Shown here: positions 20,822 through 31,411 of the stretch, one piece after another
Layout of the letters: every line of letters begins with the position of its first letter
Numbering within the stretch: position 1 is the stretch's first letter
NCBI RefSeq assembly: GCF_022846255.1
Contig: NZ_AP025682.1
Strand: one strand, 5' to 3'
Origin: Escherichia coli
Lineage (GTDB): Bacteria; Pseudomonadota; Gammaproteobacteria; Enterobacterales; Enterobacteriaceae
Length of the DNA: 64,000 nucleotides
Made by a program: the position numbers and the translations under genes
The notes under the pieces: model-generated
Seen by the model: only the letters and a program-made list of their open reading frames with translations
The model's database searches: none
Told to the model about the DNA's origin: nothing

Positions 20822-20875
20822 GCGTTCATTAATTTGATTTATTCGCATCCATCAACGCTTTTAACTGCTCCGGCG
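20695..20875. repeat. Left copy of a diverged direct repeat (nanS 3' end plus downstream flank) bounding the defence island
   Basis: High similarity to 53494-53661 (shared tail ...ttcattaatttgatttatt[c/t]gcatccatcaacgcttttaactgctccggcg); the right copy lacks ~16 bp. Confidence 0.7.
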
Positions 20876-21660
20876 TGCGGCACTATAATGGTTTTCACAA
20901 CAAGGAGCCATTTTCTTATACCACTTTCAGAGACCATCCGCTTATGCCACCGCCCTCTACGCAACTGTTTGCAGAGCACCTTCCCACCGAGTGGATACAG
21001 CACCTCCTGACGCTTTCTGCTCATGCGACCATTTGTCGTCTTAACCTGAGCGCGGATGGCGAAGCGGGGATTAGCCTGCTGGCCCGCAGCGCTGTCACCC
21101 AGGAGCGCCAGCGCGTGGGGGCCCCCTGGTGGAATGGCTCTTCCGCCAGACCGCACAGACATGGGGCGCGGAACGTTACCTGAAGGATGACTGGCACGGC
21201 CTGCAACTTTTTGCCATTGATGGCGCACAGTTCAGGACACCTATGAACCTGAGTTGCGCGAATATTATGGCTCTGCCAACACATCCACTGAGCGGCAGAG
21301 CGCCTACCCGGTCATGCGTCTGGTGGCGTTAATGAATCTGGGAATCACATTCTGCTGAATGCCATGACCTCGGCCTACCGGCGGAGCGATACAGCGTGAG
21401 GCAACTAAAGCGGCGTCAGAAATCAGCTTTAAGTTCGCATTCCAGTTTATCGTGACAGAAATGATAGTGCAGGGAAATACGGCGTCACCAGGAACCATCC
21501 CGAAACGGCTGGAGCATCTGCGGGGTGCTCTGGAAGCGGTGTTCCCACGACTATCAAGGCCGAGGGCTGTTAAGGTATCAAAAACCCGTTATCCGGTGAA
21601 ACACAGTGCCGCCCCGCTTAAGTGACGGCATTGTGTTTCTGACTGGCCTTAACTTTCCCT
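20876..21660 (+). mobile_element. Degenerate IS4-family transposase remnant (frameshifted and internally deleted)
   Basis: Broken frames encode ...PPPSTQLFAEHLPTEWIQHLLTLSAHATI..., ...WLFRQTAQTWGAERYLKDDWHGLQLFAIDGAQFRTP... and ...PGTIPKRLEHLRGALEAVF..., resembling an IS4-type DDE transposase; no intact ORF. Confidence 0.45.
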
Positions 21661-21794
21661 GAATCTCTGACGATCCTCACCATTGATATTTTCTTCATTC
21701 CTCACCAGAGAAATAAAAAATCACTATACTCATCAAAATATGAGATTACATTTATTCAGGCGATCACCTTACTATTTTATACGGAAAATAAATC

Positions 21795-22445
21795 ATGAAT
21801 ATCCGTCAATCATTACATGACCGAATCTATGCAGAATACCCTCAACAGGCTAAAGATATATTACTGTATTTCCCCACTTATGAAATTATGCCATCGACCA
21901 TAAAAATGGTTATGATTAATGAGGTGGTAGCTATAACACCGCAAGAAGATTTTTATACACCAGAGTCTGGTTATTTTACGACTGTCGCCCGACAGTTAGC
22001 GCTGGCTGGATTATCGGCAAGTAGTGGCGAAGTCTTACTCAACCATGGTATCTACCTGACCTCCGCACTGAAACTACCTAAAACACAGATCACAGCCACA
22101 CCCGCGGAGATCATTCTCTGGTCACCTATTGTAGAATGGGAGCTCGAACTCTTTGCCAATATAAAAGTTATTTTCGTTGGCGGCGATATCGCGCGAAAAT
22201 GCCTTAACATCATCGCGAAAAAGCAAACACGTAAACATGCCATCCCTTCAACTCCGACGTACAAACTGATGAATAGCGAATTAGTCTGGAAAGGAATAAG
22301 CATACTTCCTGGATATATTCTTACCGGAAAAAACCTGCTCATTGAAAAGTCAAAAATCGAAATGAATGTCGAACAATTAAGAAAAGGAATTGCGATTTAT
22401 CGCAATAGTAACAGTAACCATACGAATAATTCAGTTCATGAATAA
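21795..22445 (+). CDS. Hypothetical protein (216 aa), AT-rich orphan gene
   Basis: Intact ORF with AT-rich composition unlike its neighbours; no motif I can assign confidently. Confidence 0.45.
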   Translation: MNIRQSLHDRIYAEYPQQAKDILLYFPTYEIMPSTIKMVMINEVVAITPQEDFYTPESGYFTTVARQLALAGLSASSGEVLLNHGIYLTSALKLPKTQITATPAEIILWSPIVEWELELFANIKVIFVGGDIARKCLNIIAKKQTRKHAIPSTPTYKLMNSELVWKGISILPGYILTGKNLLIEKSKIEMNVEQLRKGIAIYRNSNSNHTNNSVHE

Positions 22446-22916
22446 GAGATGAATCATTAATAACAAGAAATCACTGACAAACCACCTGTAAAAGGTCAAT
22501 CATTTTAGTTCAATTTCCTTTGTCATGATTATATTTTTATCGTCCTGACGATACTATTAACAATTACAATATTTATACCCTCCCCTGAACAAACAGAAAA
22601 GAACTCATACATTCGTTTATAATTCTGGTAATCCTGGCATCATACGTTTAAAATTTAAGGTGTTTGTTTTATAATCATGATTCCAAAGACTATTGGTCAC
22701 CAGAAAATGCCAGCCTTTTCGTGCCAGCTATATTTGTCCAGTGTGTTACCCCATCCAAAAATCATCCACATCCTGATGTTACGTTAGATATAGAGAAAAC
22801 AGGTTGTACTGTGCAATATGCTAACCGCATAAGCGAATATAATTTCTAAGCTGATATTGTCTGGCTGTTGGGAGCTAAACAATATAAATATCGCCAGTTG
22901 CCAGAACGGTTATATA

Positions 22917-22942
22917 GACCAGGAGCGTTTCGGCTCCTGGTC
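22917..22942. terminator. Hairpin in the convergent intergenic region between the orphan ORF and the UvrD-like gene
   Basis: gaccaggagc-gtttcg-gctcctggtc 10-bp perfect stem; could terminate either convergent transcript. Confidence 0.35.
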
Positions 22943-22958
22943 TGTTTCGGACATATTA

Positions 22959-25073
22959 TCAATCAGCCACTAATAGCGGACTAGGGATACCAGATGATGA
23001 AACAAACAGCCCTTTTACGGCACGGGTTGCAGCCACATGCAGTAACGCGCGCTCATTAAATAATGCATCACGCTGTTCAACGGGATCATCGGATGCTAAT
23101 GCTTTTATTTCCGGCACAACGCCTTCGTTAATCCCCACCAGGAACACATACTGGAACTCAAGCCCTTTAATACGGTGCATCGTTGCAACTCGCACGCCTG
23201 GGCGTTCATCGCTGTCACCGCTATCATTGCCTAAATTAAATGTCTCAATTCCGGCGTCATTGAGTGCTGATGCGTAGCGGTCGCAAGCATGTTTAGTACG
23301 CGCAGTAATGCAGATATCCTGAGAACGAACCTGACTCGCCAGCAATGCCTGAATTTGCTTGACGAGTGTTGCAGCCTCTTCTTTGAAATCTGCCGCATGC
23401 GTAATCATGGGCTTTTCCCCGTGCAGTAATGACAAATAATCATTACTGGTATCCGCTTCGCCATCGAGGTTATCAACCTTCACACCAGTTAACAGCCCAA
23501 CAGCAAATTGACGCGTCTCTTCTGTGGTCCGATAGTTAATCTTCAATTTTTTACTGCGACGACCACGGACGTTAATACCACACTGACCAAGAACGACCTT
23601 ATTGCGATAAATACGCTGATGCCCATCCCCGACAATAAACAGATCGTTGGGCGACTCGGGAACCAGGCTGCGAATAAGAGTAAATGCCGGGGCACCGATA
23701 TCTTGAGCTTCATCGACGACAATACTGCTATAAGGTAGTTGGACCTGCTTTTCTTTAAACAGAACAATAGCCTCATGCATGGCATCGCCCATTTCGCGCA
23801 GTTTGGCACGCGCCATTTGTGCTCTGAATTCTTCGAAAACTGGCCAGATTTTCGCCCGTTGAATACGGGATAACGCTGTACCACGTCCAACCCGGCTGAC
23901 TTTGAGGTATTCCTCCCGGGTGTAAACCGCATTTGGCTGGACAACGCGTTGCCACTCTTCAGCATAGAAATTGTCAGGTAGCCCCAGTTCGGCAGGTGCC
24001 TGCTGCAAGGCATAGTTCCAGCATTTACGTCGCCCTTCATCGCTGTCGTATACCACGCGGAAATCATAACCGTGGCGTTTTAGTTGGTCGCTCATCCAGG
24101 CATCAATGTTAACGACGTCAATACGCGCCATCTCTTCTCGCGTACACAACCGCTGGAGATTAGCGCGAATATCTGCCGCCAGGTTACGCGTAAAGGTCGT
24201 GAAAAGTACCTTCTTACCGGGTTTATCTGCCAGACGCTGAGATAACCACCGCGCACGGTGCATTGCAACAACCGTTTTCCCTGTACCTGCACCGCCCAGT
24301 ACTCGTACCGGACCATTAGCGGGCGACTCCACCAGTTTTCGCTGGCTCGGATGCAGAAATACACGCCATTTTTCTAAAGGCGCATTAAGCATCTGCAACA
24401 GCTCCTGTTCATTTTCAACGACATGGAAGCGACGTTTACTTCGTTCAATCGCCTCCATAAAGTCGTTGGTATCAACAGGCTCGTCACGATGATCGTTAAA
24501 CTCTTCCAGCACTTCCTGGTAATCCAGCCCTTCTGCCAGCCAATGCAGGGGTTCCCAGGCTTCTGCTGGCATTATGCTTTCAAGTTGATTAAGCCCGGCT
24601 TCATCGGTAAGCGCCATCACCTGATCAATAAAGACAGGCGGCACACCCAGGGCCAGAATCTGTTCCGCGCTGTAAGCTGCGAAGAGTTTCGGTTTATCTA
24701 GCACCGTTTCCGCCGCCGGTTTGATATAGCTAATATCAATAACCTGAATTGCGCCGGTAACCGGGTGAATTGAACAATCATGCCGCCGCGCCCAGTCGTA
24801 TGCTTCGTCGTGTTTATCCACCCACATCAGCATATACAGGGCACCCTGTTCAGGTTTCAGAACAATGCCGCGATAAGTTTGATCGATTCGCACCGAATGG
24901 ACATTTTTACTGCGCGCATCGTGGATCTTTTCATAGTTAAGTCCATTACTGGTCGGGTCCTGACGGAATTTGGAGATGAATTCCTGCACCTTTTTTTGCT
25001 GTGCTTTTGGGATCCGCGCGAATGCGCCCAGAAAACCATCAGAAAGTGCCACCTTGGGCGTTTGCACCGTCAT
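22959..25073 (-). CDS. UvrD/Rep-like superfamily 1 helicase with a ~200-aa N-terminal domain of unknown function (704 aa)
   Basis: Walker A GGAGTGKT, motif II VVDEAQD, C-terminal UvrD-like motif (MHRIKGLEFQYVFLVG); start overlaps the upstream gene's stop (ATGA). Confidence 0.8.
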   Translation of the reverse strand: MTVQTPKVALSDGFLGAFARIPKAQQKKVQEFISKFRQDPTSNGLNYEKIHDARSKNVHSVRIDQTYRGIVLKPEQGALYMLMWVDKHDEAYDWARRHDCSIHPVTGAIQVIDISYIKPAAETVLDKPKLFAAYSAEQILALGVPPVFIDQVMALTDEAGLNQLESIMPAEAWEPLHWLAEGLDYQEVLEEFNDHRDEPVDTNDFMEAIERSKRRFHVVENEQELLQMLNAPLEKWRVFLHPSQRKLVESPANGPVRVLGGAGTGKTVVAMHRARWLSQRLADKPGKKVLFTTFTRNLAADIRANLQRLCTREEMARIDVVNIDAWMSDQLKRHGYDFRVVYDSDEGRRKCWNYALQQAPAELGLPDNFYAEEWQRVVQPNAVYTREEYLKVSRVGRGTALSRIQRAKIWPVFEEFRAQMARAKLREMGDAMHEAIVLFKEKQVQLPYSSIVVDEAQDIGAPAFTLIRSLVPESPNDLFIVGDGHQRIYRNKVVLGQCGINVRGRRSKKLKINYRTTEETRQFAVGLLTGVKVDNLDGEADTSNDYLSLLHGEKPMITHAADFKEEAATLVKQIQALLASQVRSQDICITARTKHACDRYASALNDAGIETFNLGNDSGDSDERPGVRVATMHRIKGLEFQYVFLVGINEGVVPEIKALASDDPVEQRDALFNERALLHVAATRAVKGLFVSSSGIPSPLLVAD

Positions 25074-28000
25074 TTGTCACCTCCGGACAGATGTTGCAAT
25101 GTATTTTCGTCAATTGGCCCGAATGCTACGTGCCAACCCCTGGTTGTGAATAATGGAATAAATTCTTGATTATCAATAATCAATGCCCATTTTTGTGATG
25201 GCCAGGCGAGATCGGCTTCCGCAATAATTTCCCCCTCATCATTTTGCAATTCGTAGCCGAGAGTCGGCGCAGAGAGAGAATGAGACTGAAGCAACGCGAT
25301 CTCTTCAGCGCTTAATAAGCCAAACTCAATAATCTCAGCCCAACTCTCATCAGTCTCTGGTACTGCCTCTGGCGTTGCCGAAACTTTAGTGTCAACGCTT
25401 TCCTGCGGTAAATGCACGGCTTTACGGCTGGTAAAGGTTATATCCGGCAGGAACTGTAACAGGTTTACCAGTCGCCAGAAGCCATTGAGTCCCGCTTCAT
25501 AACCGTCATCCTGCGTATAGCGATCGTCAAAACAGATATGCAAACGCAGCCAGCTGCGCATTTGTGCGACACTGGTCGTCGGTTTAATGGCTTGTTGTGG
25601 CAACACCGAAGCCAGCTCAATAAATTGCTGCGATGAGTTACAGCTATCGAGTAAACCACCAAAGACAAACGGTTCGTCTGGCAAAAGCTCTGCTAGCCGC
25701 CAGGCTGGCGCGTTTTCCTGCATTTCATAGGCATACTTTTGTTTCGTTCCCGCGTCCTGTGACTTCTTCACATCCAACCACACCCAGGCATGTGCAGCAG
25801 CCATTTTCTGCCATAACTGCGTTCTTCCTCCCGGATCGGCGAGATAATCCAGCAGCAGTGCAAAACTGTTGCGTTCCCGGAACGACGCTTCAAGGGCCGC
25901 AAAGTTGGTATCGTGAAACAGGTTATAAAACTTAGGCTGTTTCATATCCGGGTTATGCCCAAGCCCCAGGACATCCTGAACATGTTTAAGCCCAGGCTCT
26001 TTGAGATCGGCCCACGTGACTGTCCACACCCAGAAATTATCGCTATCCCGAATCGCCTGGCGTTTTTGCACATCCTCTGCGACGCTATTTTTGTGAAACG
26101 CAAAGCCATCAAGGAAAATAGCTACCGGTTTAATGGCATCAGACTGCATAAGCGGATATAGCACGTAATCCGGGCGACAAGGGATCCCCACCGCCTCTTT
26201 AGCGCCTAAATCCACCTGAGCTTTAAGATGCCAGCTCATCATCGGTTCGCTGCGGGTGTTAATAATCCACCCAGCGCCCTGATGCGCGTAACTGCGACTG
26301 ACAATCAGGTTTTTATTTTCTTGCAGGCAGCTAATAAACCGTTTTTCCAGCTCACTGCCCATCATGGCTTCGAGGGAAATGTTTTTGATGGAATCAATTA
26401 CCCGTATCGAATCTCTTGCCTGCAAAATTTTCGCCAGCAAGAGACGCGCCTGATCGCGGGAGACATACTTCATGCGCCCACGGTCACGGTAAGCGTAAAC
26501 GCAACGATAACAACCATCTTTATGCGTATCATGGTTGCAACTGCATTCCACTATCGCCTGATAGGCCAGTTCAAGTAATTTCAGCAAATTGTCGGGAGTG
26601 CGCATCAGCTCTTTAAGAGAACCAGTTCCCCCCGGGACGGTATCGTAAATCACCAGATACTGCCGCCAGGATTCGCCTTCATTTTCCGGCTCGCGGTACA
26701 CAACGCCTTTCAGGTGATCGACATTCCCCTTGAAGTAATGTTTAAGACCTAGCTGGATCGCCGCCCCAAGAGAAGCCTCCACGACACGGTCATTACTGTA
26801 ACTGCTTACCGGGAGCAGAATACGCAACGCTTCTGACTCCAGCTGGCGATAGAGATAGAGATAATCTTCGAACTTCGCCTTTTCGGGTTCCGTGCGATAT
26901 TTGCAGCTCAAATCATGACGGGGTTCATGATCGCGAGGACGCTGTACCATGCCGCACCCGAGGCAAACTTTAAACCCGGTTCGCTTCTTCGCTTCTCCGG
27001 CAATCATCAACTCATTGGCATCATCCGCCATTTTGCCGAAGTTGATATCCCGCAGGGTGACTTTGCTTAAAAATTCAAAACCAAACGGAACTTCGCCTTC
27101 CTCAATCGCGTATGCCGCCGATACATCTTCTTTTTCGAAACTAACCAATAGCTGACGCTGGAAGAAAGCAGGTTCACGGCTGTCGCTCTCGTCGCTGATC
27201 TGGCTATCACGTGCGCTGGCGCGGGCATACACCTGGCGAAGTTTCAGCAGCGTGGTTTTTTGTCCGGCGTCGGCCCACCCCGGTGTGCCACATTTCGGGC
27301 AATATTTATGCTGGTCGCCCGTCTGGTCGATATTTTCGCTGTAGTTACAGTGGCTACAGATACGCCAGTTCTCCGGCTCAGAGACCTTCAGGTCTATCTG
27401 CTCAATTTCAACTTTATGCCCACCGGCATAGAAATTATTCAGCGGAGCCAGCTCAGCCAGCGCCGTTGATGCCGGGCGTTCATATTCGAAAGTGGTGTTT
27501 TGATATTCACGTGCTTCCCCGCCTTCTTTACGCCGCCAGAGCACAGAACGTAACGTAATACCGGCTTCCGGGAAGGCGTAGTTAGGCAGCAGACCTTCAT
27601 CCGTGAGGAAATTCAGCGTCTGCTTATTGTTGATTTGATTGACCAGCGCCATCAGCGCCTGCCGTTCTGAAGTTAACTCGCGCATATCGCTGTCAAAGTT
27701 TTGATCGCGCGGCGCGTTCTCCAGCTTATCGATACTGCGCTTGAGTTTATCGATGCGTGAACGCAGAGATTTGCGATCTTCCACCAGCAGTTTTAACGCC
27801 TCTTCGATACGCTGCACCAGAGAGCGTTGTCCTGGCGCGCCCTGAAGATAAGACAACAACTGTTGGCGAGTTTCTGCGGCAAGATCGGGGAAGATCGCCG
27901 TAAATTGTGCAGCAATCTCCGCATGATGCTGTTCGATATATCTCAGTAAGTTATACGGAAAACCCGATTTACGCCCGAACTCCAGCTCATCCAGCATCTG

Positions 28001-31000
28001 TTTGACGTTTTTACAGATAGCGGATTCTGGTACACCGGTTTTCACCCAGTTATCCATACAAAAAGCTGCCAGCTGGCGTTCGAGAATAGCCGTTGCATTG
28101 AGGAAGACGCCAGGAGCCTGCACCTGGCCCTGCATCATCTCCAGTGGTTCTTCAAAGAAAAACTGATCGTGCGGGTTCCCTTCTGCCACGGTAATGTTTA
28201 ACGCGTTACCATCTTTACGACCGGCGCGACCAATACGCTGCAAGTAGTTGGCCTGAGCAGGTGGGACAGAACAGAGTAAAACGGTGGAAAGATCCCCAAC
28301 GTCGATACCCATCTCCAGCGTCGGTGTTGCCGACAACAGGTTGATATTCCACGGTTGGTTGCCGCGGTAGAACGATTTTTCGGTGGCTTCGCGATCTTCA
28401 CGGCTAAGCAGCCCCGTGTGTTCTGCGCCCTGCACGCGCGCGATGTCCATGTTCTCCCAACGCCAGGTCGCCGTATTGTCGACTTCCTGGTAACGACCTT
28501 CACAACGTAAAGAGAGACAAGGCGCATTACGCCACTGCCACCCTTGATCGGCCGGAGCCCGGACAACCTCACGGCAACATGAGCAATTAAGCTGAACGAC
28601 GTCACGGCTCACCACCAGCGCCGAAGGCACCAGTCCCCAGGCTTCACGCCCTTTGGTGTCAAAATCTTTTACTACTCCGGCTATTTTCAACGCCGTAAAC
28701 AGGCGTCGTAACACCGTTTCCGCAACGCTACTGATAAACAGATTATTGCCGTTACTCAGCGTGCGATTGATCCAATGCTGATACCAACTGGGGTTAGACT
28801 TCGCGCCAATCAGGCGATGGAAACCATTAATTTTTTCAAACGACGCGTAAGCCGGTTTACGCGTTTTCGGACCGATAGAAGGCATATAGCGCGAGGTACG
28901 CTCTTTTTGCGTCATCATAAAGGTCGTGCCATCACGGCGATAACTTTCGAACGCCGGATGCATAACGGCCCCGGCCTGGCGTTGATACCAGATAACCCCC
29001 AGCGCCAGGTGCGCTACCTGCTCGACGCTCACACCGGACATCTCATCACCCAGCTCTTCACAAAGCTGTTGATGCAGGGCGGTAATTGCCGGATTAAAGC
29101 GATCTTTATCCACTCCAGCAACGGCATAACCGGTGGCTTCCAGCGTACGTCCGATACGCGCGCGCAGGGTGAATTCGCTGTACACCTCCCAGTCGAGGCG
29201 CAGGGAAACCAGCTCCGGCAGATCGGAGTTCTCCGCCAGTTTGCCTTCATTTTTCAGTGTCTGATAATCATTCAGCCACTGCATATTTGGTGCGATGAAG
29301 TTCGCTGCAAAATGAGCATCGTCCGGTGAACGTTCACGCGTTTGTTGGCAAACACGCGCCGCGAACGCATCCAGCGGTAATGTCTCTTTTTCGCCAAGAA
29401 CACTGGCGATTTGCCCACGAATCATCAGCGGCCAGGTTCGGGCAGTAAAAAAGCTGGCACGATGCGCGGCGTCTTGTACCGAGTCAGAAAACGTAATCAG
29501 CTTTTTATGTTCGTTGAACTGGCTGCCATAAAGCTGGTGAATCATCACCGCCGACAGACTGGCAGCCCGTGACCCCAGAATCGAAATCCCCTGTTTGCTG
29601 TTGCAGTACGGGCATTCATTAGCAAACTCCAGCTCGTCCTTACGCTCTTTGAGCATATCTGGGATCAGTACCTGCAACAGCTCTGTATGACCACAATGTC
29701 CACACTGGACGCTGGACTGTCGGTTCAGTTTCAGGCAGGTAGGGCACAGTTTCTGGTGTGCGCCACTGACCGCTTTTTCGTTGTTATCCGGGAAAGCAAG
29801 GACGATGGAGCGCCCTTTTTCAAAGAACTGGCGATAAATGCCGTCGAGGTCTGTTTCCAGCTGAACGCTTTGCCCATGACGCAGGCTGGCCCAGCCGGTT
29901 GCGTGGCAGTCACGGCAGTGGATAACCGGCAAATAGTGTTCGCGATCTTCCACCGCCACATCATCGGCAAACACCAGTCTCGGTGTTTTCGCCACGCTGG
30001 CGACCAGACGACGCATCTCACGAAGCCACAACTGGGAGCGCAGTTGCACAAACGGCAGCACCGGGCGCGCTTTCTTCGCCTGGAGACGTTTTTGCCGATC
30101 GTGGTCCGTTTCCGGTACTTCGAGACGTGCCTGCGCGATCAGCGCCAGAATGCTTTGCAGCACGCGTCGGGCATGGTCGGCGCTTTCTGCCAGCATGACC
30201 TGGAGATTTTCCAGACACTCTCGTTCAGAGAGGATCCCGCCTTGCAGATCATGGAGTAAGACATGCATCACGCTGTGGCGGCGTAACAGTGACCCCAGCG
30301 CAATACGCTTTTCACGCCCGTCGTCGCTCTCCAGATCGTCCGGGAGTTGCAAGTCGCTGTCGGGGAACCACAAAGGGATTTGTCCGTTGAGATACGCCAC
30401 CGGGGTAGCGTAACTCTGCGGGTCCAGGGCCGAAGCGACCTCCGGCCCCGGATACTGACTGTACGCAATGGCGTAATCCTGCAAGTACTCCGCTGCCGTG
30501 TAGCGATCTTCGCGAATAACGGCGTCATCGGTAAACGGCTGGTCAAAGATTGTTTTTGCGTAATCGAGCAGTTGCCCCAGTTCGTCGCCGACGGTCGCTG
30601 ATGTCCCGACGCAGGCGAATCGTTGGTTATCTACACCTATGTGATGCTTCAGACGTCGCACCAGACAGGCCAGATCCGACCCTTGCGCGCCATCAAACGT
30701 ATGCAATTCATCCACGACCAGGTAACGCAATGAACCGGGCTGGTTGTAACGCCAGAGCGGCTGATCGCCAGGGCGCATCAGCAGGTAGTCGAGCATTTTG
30801 TAGTTGGTCAACAGGATGTCCGGCGGGCTTTCGCGCAGCGTGTGCTTACAGGTAATGACCTTTTCTGCCGACATTTTTTTGCTGGGTTCGATTTCGCTGT
30901 CGCCGACAAACAGGCCGACGGTCACCTTGCCATGCAGTTGTGGATCGCTGGCGATGGTTTTGGCGAAACGGCTGGCCTGATCGGTTGCCAGGGCGTTCAT

Positions 31001-31411
31001 CGGGTAGATGATAATCGCTTTAACCCCGGCTTGTGACGCGCCCGCGCAGTGGTTGAGCAGCGGGAACATAAAACATTCTGTTTTACCGGAGCCGGTACCG
31101 GTAGCGACCAGTGTCGGCTGTGGCGCGTCGCTTCCCAGACGCTGAAATGCCCGGGCCTGATGCGCGTGCGGCGGGAACGGCAGCGTCAGATTAGGGAAGA
31201 AATTCAGCGGTAAGTCACTTTTACAAAACGGCAACTGGGCGGAAAGGTATGGTCCTTTCAGCAGCGTTTCAGGCTGGGCCAGAAATTGCTCCAGCATTGA
31301 GACATTATCGTTATTCTCGCCGTTAAACAGCGGGCTGTTTAGCGGGAACGCCGCCCGTAAAAAGGCGGCAACGCTGTCGGCGACCTGCCGACTGACAACG
31401 GATGGCAGCAT
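25070..31411 (-). CDS. Giant DEAD/DEAH-box helicase with Zn-ribbons and a DUF1998-like module (DruE-like / fused DrmA-DrmB-like), 2113 aa, with a C-terminal Vsr/DUF559-like nuclease-fold motif
   Basis: Motif I ATGTGSGKTECFMFP, motif II VVDELH, motif VI QRIGRAGR; several CxxC clusters (CSHCNYS...CPKCG, CLGCG, CSCNH...CYRC); DUF1998-like VIYDTVPGGTGS; C-terminal DYVLYP...IFLDGFAFH; 1-nt overlap with the upstream methyltransferase gene (TGATG). Confidence 0.75.
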   Translation of the reverse strand: MLPSVVSRQVADSVAAFLRAAFPLNSPLFNGENNDNVSMLEQFLAQPETLLKGPYLSAQLPFCKSDLPLNFFPNLTLPFPPHAHQARAFQRLGSDAPQPTLVATGTGSGKTECFMFPLLNHCAGASQAGVKAIIIYPMNALATDQASRFAKTIASDPQLHGKVTVGLFVGDSEIEPSKKMSAEKVITCKHTLRESPPDILLTNYKMLDYLLMRPGDQPLWRYNQPGSLRYLVVDELHTFDGAQGSDLACLVRRLKHHIGVDNQRFACVGTSATVGDELGQLLDYAKTIFDQPFTDDAVIREDRYTAAEYLQDYAIAYSQYPGPEVASALDPQSYATPVAYLNGQIPLWFPDSDLQLPDDLESDDGREKRIALGSLLRRHSVMHVLLHDLQGGILSERECLENLQVMLAESADHARRVLQSILALIAQARLEVPETDHDRQKRLQAKKARPVLPFVQLRSQLWLREMRRLVASVAKTPRLVFADDVAVEDREHYLPVIHCRDCHATGWASLRHGQSVQLETDLDGIYRQFFEKGRSIVLAFPDNNEKAVSGAHQKLCPTCLKLNRQSSVQCGHCGHTELLQVLIPDMLKERKDELEFANECPYCNSKQGISILGSRAASLSAVMIHQLYGSQFNEHKKLITFSDSVQDAAHRASFFTARTWPLMIRGQIASVLGEKETLPLDAFAARVCQQTRERSPDDAHFAANFIAPNMQWLNDYQTLKNEGKLAENSDLPELVSLRLDWEVYSEFTLRARIGRTLEATGYAVAGVDKDRFNPAITALHQQLCEELGDEMSGVSVEQVAHLALGVIWYQRQAGAVMHPAFESYRRDGTTFMMTQKERTSRYMPSIGPKTRKPAYASFEKINGFHRLIGAKSNPSWYQHWINRTLSNGNNLFISSVAETVLRRLFTALKIAGVVKDFDTKGREAWGLVPSALVVSRDVVQLNCSCCREVVRAPADQGWQWRNAPCLSLRCEGRYQEVDNTATWRWENMDIARVQGAEHTGLLSREDREATEKSFYRGNQPWNINLLSATPTLEMGIDVGDLSTVLLCSVPPAQANYLQRIGRAGRKDGNALNITVAEGNPHDQFFFEEPLEMMQGQVQAPGVFLNATAILERQLAAFCMDNWVKTGVPESAICKNVKQMLDELEFGRKSGFPYNLLRYIEQHHAEIAAQFTAIFPDLAAETRQQLLSYLQGAPGQRSLVQRIEEALKLLVEDRKSLRSRIDKLKRSIDKLENAPRDQNFDSDMRELTSERQALMALVNQINNKQTLNFLTDEGLLPNYAFPEAGITLRSVLWRRKEGGEAREYQNTTFEYERPASTALAELAPLNNFYAGGHKVEIEQIDLKVSEPENWRICSHCNYSENIDQTGDQHKYCPKCGTPGWADAGQKTTLLKLRQVYARASARDSQISDESDSREPAFFQRQLLVSFEKEDVSAAYAIEEGEVPFGFEFLSKVTLRDINFGKMADDANELMIAGEAKKRTGFKVCLGCGMVQRPRDHEPRHDLSCKYRTEPEKAKFEDYLYLYRQLESEALRILLPVSSYSNDRVVEASLGAAIQLGLKHYFKGNVDHLKGVVYREPENEGESWRQYLVIYDTVPGGTGSLKELMRTPDNLLKLLELAYQAIVECSCNHDTHKDGCYRCVYAYRDRGRMKYVSRDQARLLLAKILQARDSIRVIDSIKNISLEAMMGSELEKRFISCLQENKNLIVSRSYAHQGAGWIINTRSEPMMSWHLKAQVDLGAKEAVGIPCRPDYVLYPLMQSDAIKPVAIFLDGFAFHKNSVAEDVQKRQAIRDSDNFWVWTVTWADLKEPGLKHVQDVLGLGHNPDMKQPKFYNLFHDTNFAALEASFRERNSFALLLDYLADPGGRTQLWQKMAAAHAWVWLDVKKSQDAGTKQKYAYEMQENAPAWRLAELLPDEPFVFGGLLDSCNSSQQFIELASVLPQQAIKPTTSVAQMRSWLRLHICFDDRYTQDDGYEAGLNGFWRLVNLLQFLPDITFTSRKAVHLPQESVDTKVSATPEAVPETDESWAEIIEFGLLSAEEIALLQSHSLSAPTLGYELQNDEGEIIAEADLAWPSQKWALIIDNQEFIPLFTTRGWHVAFGPIDENTLQHLSGGDK

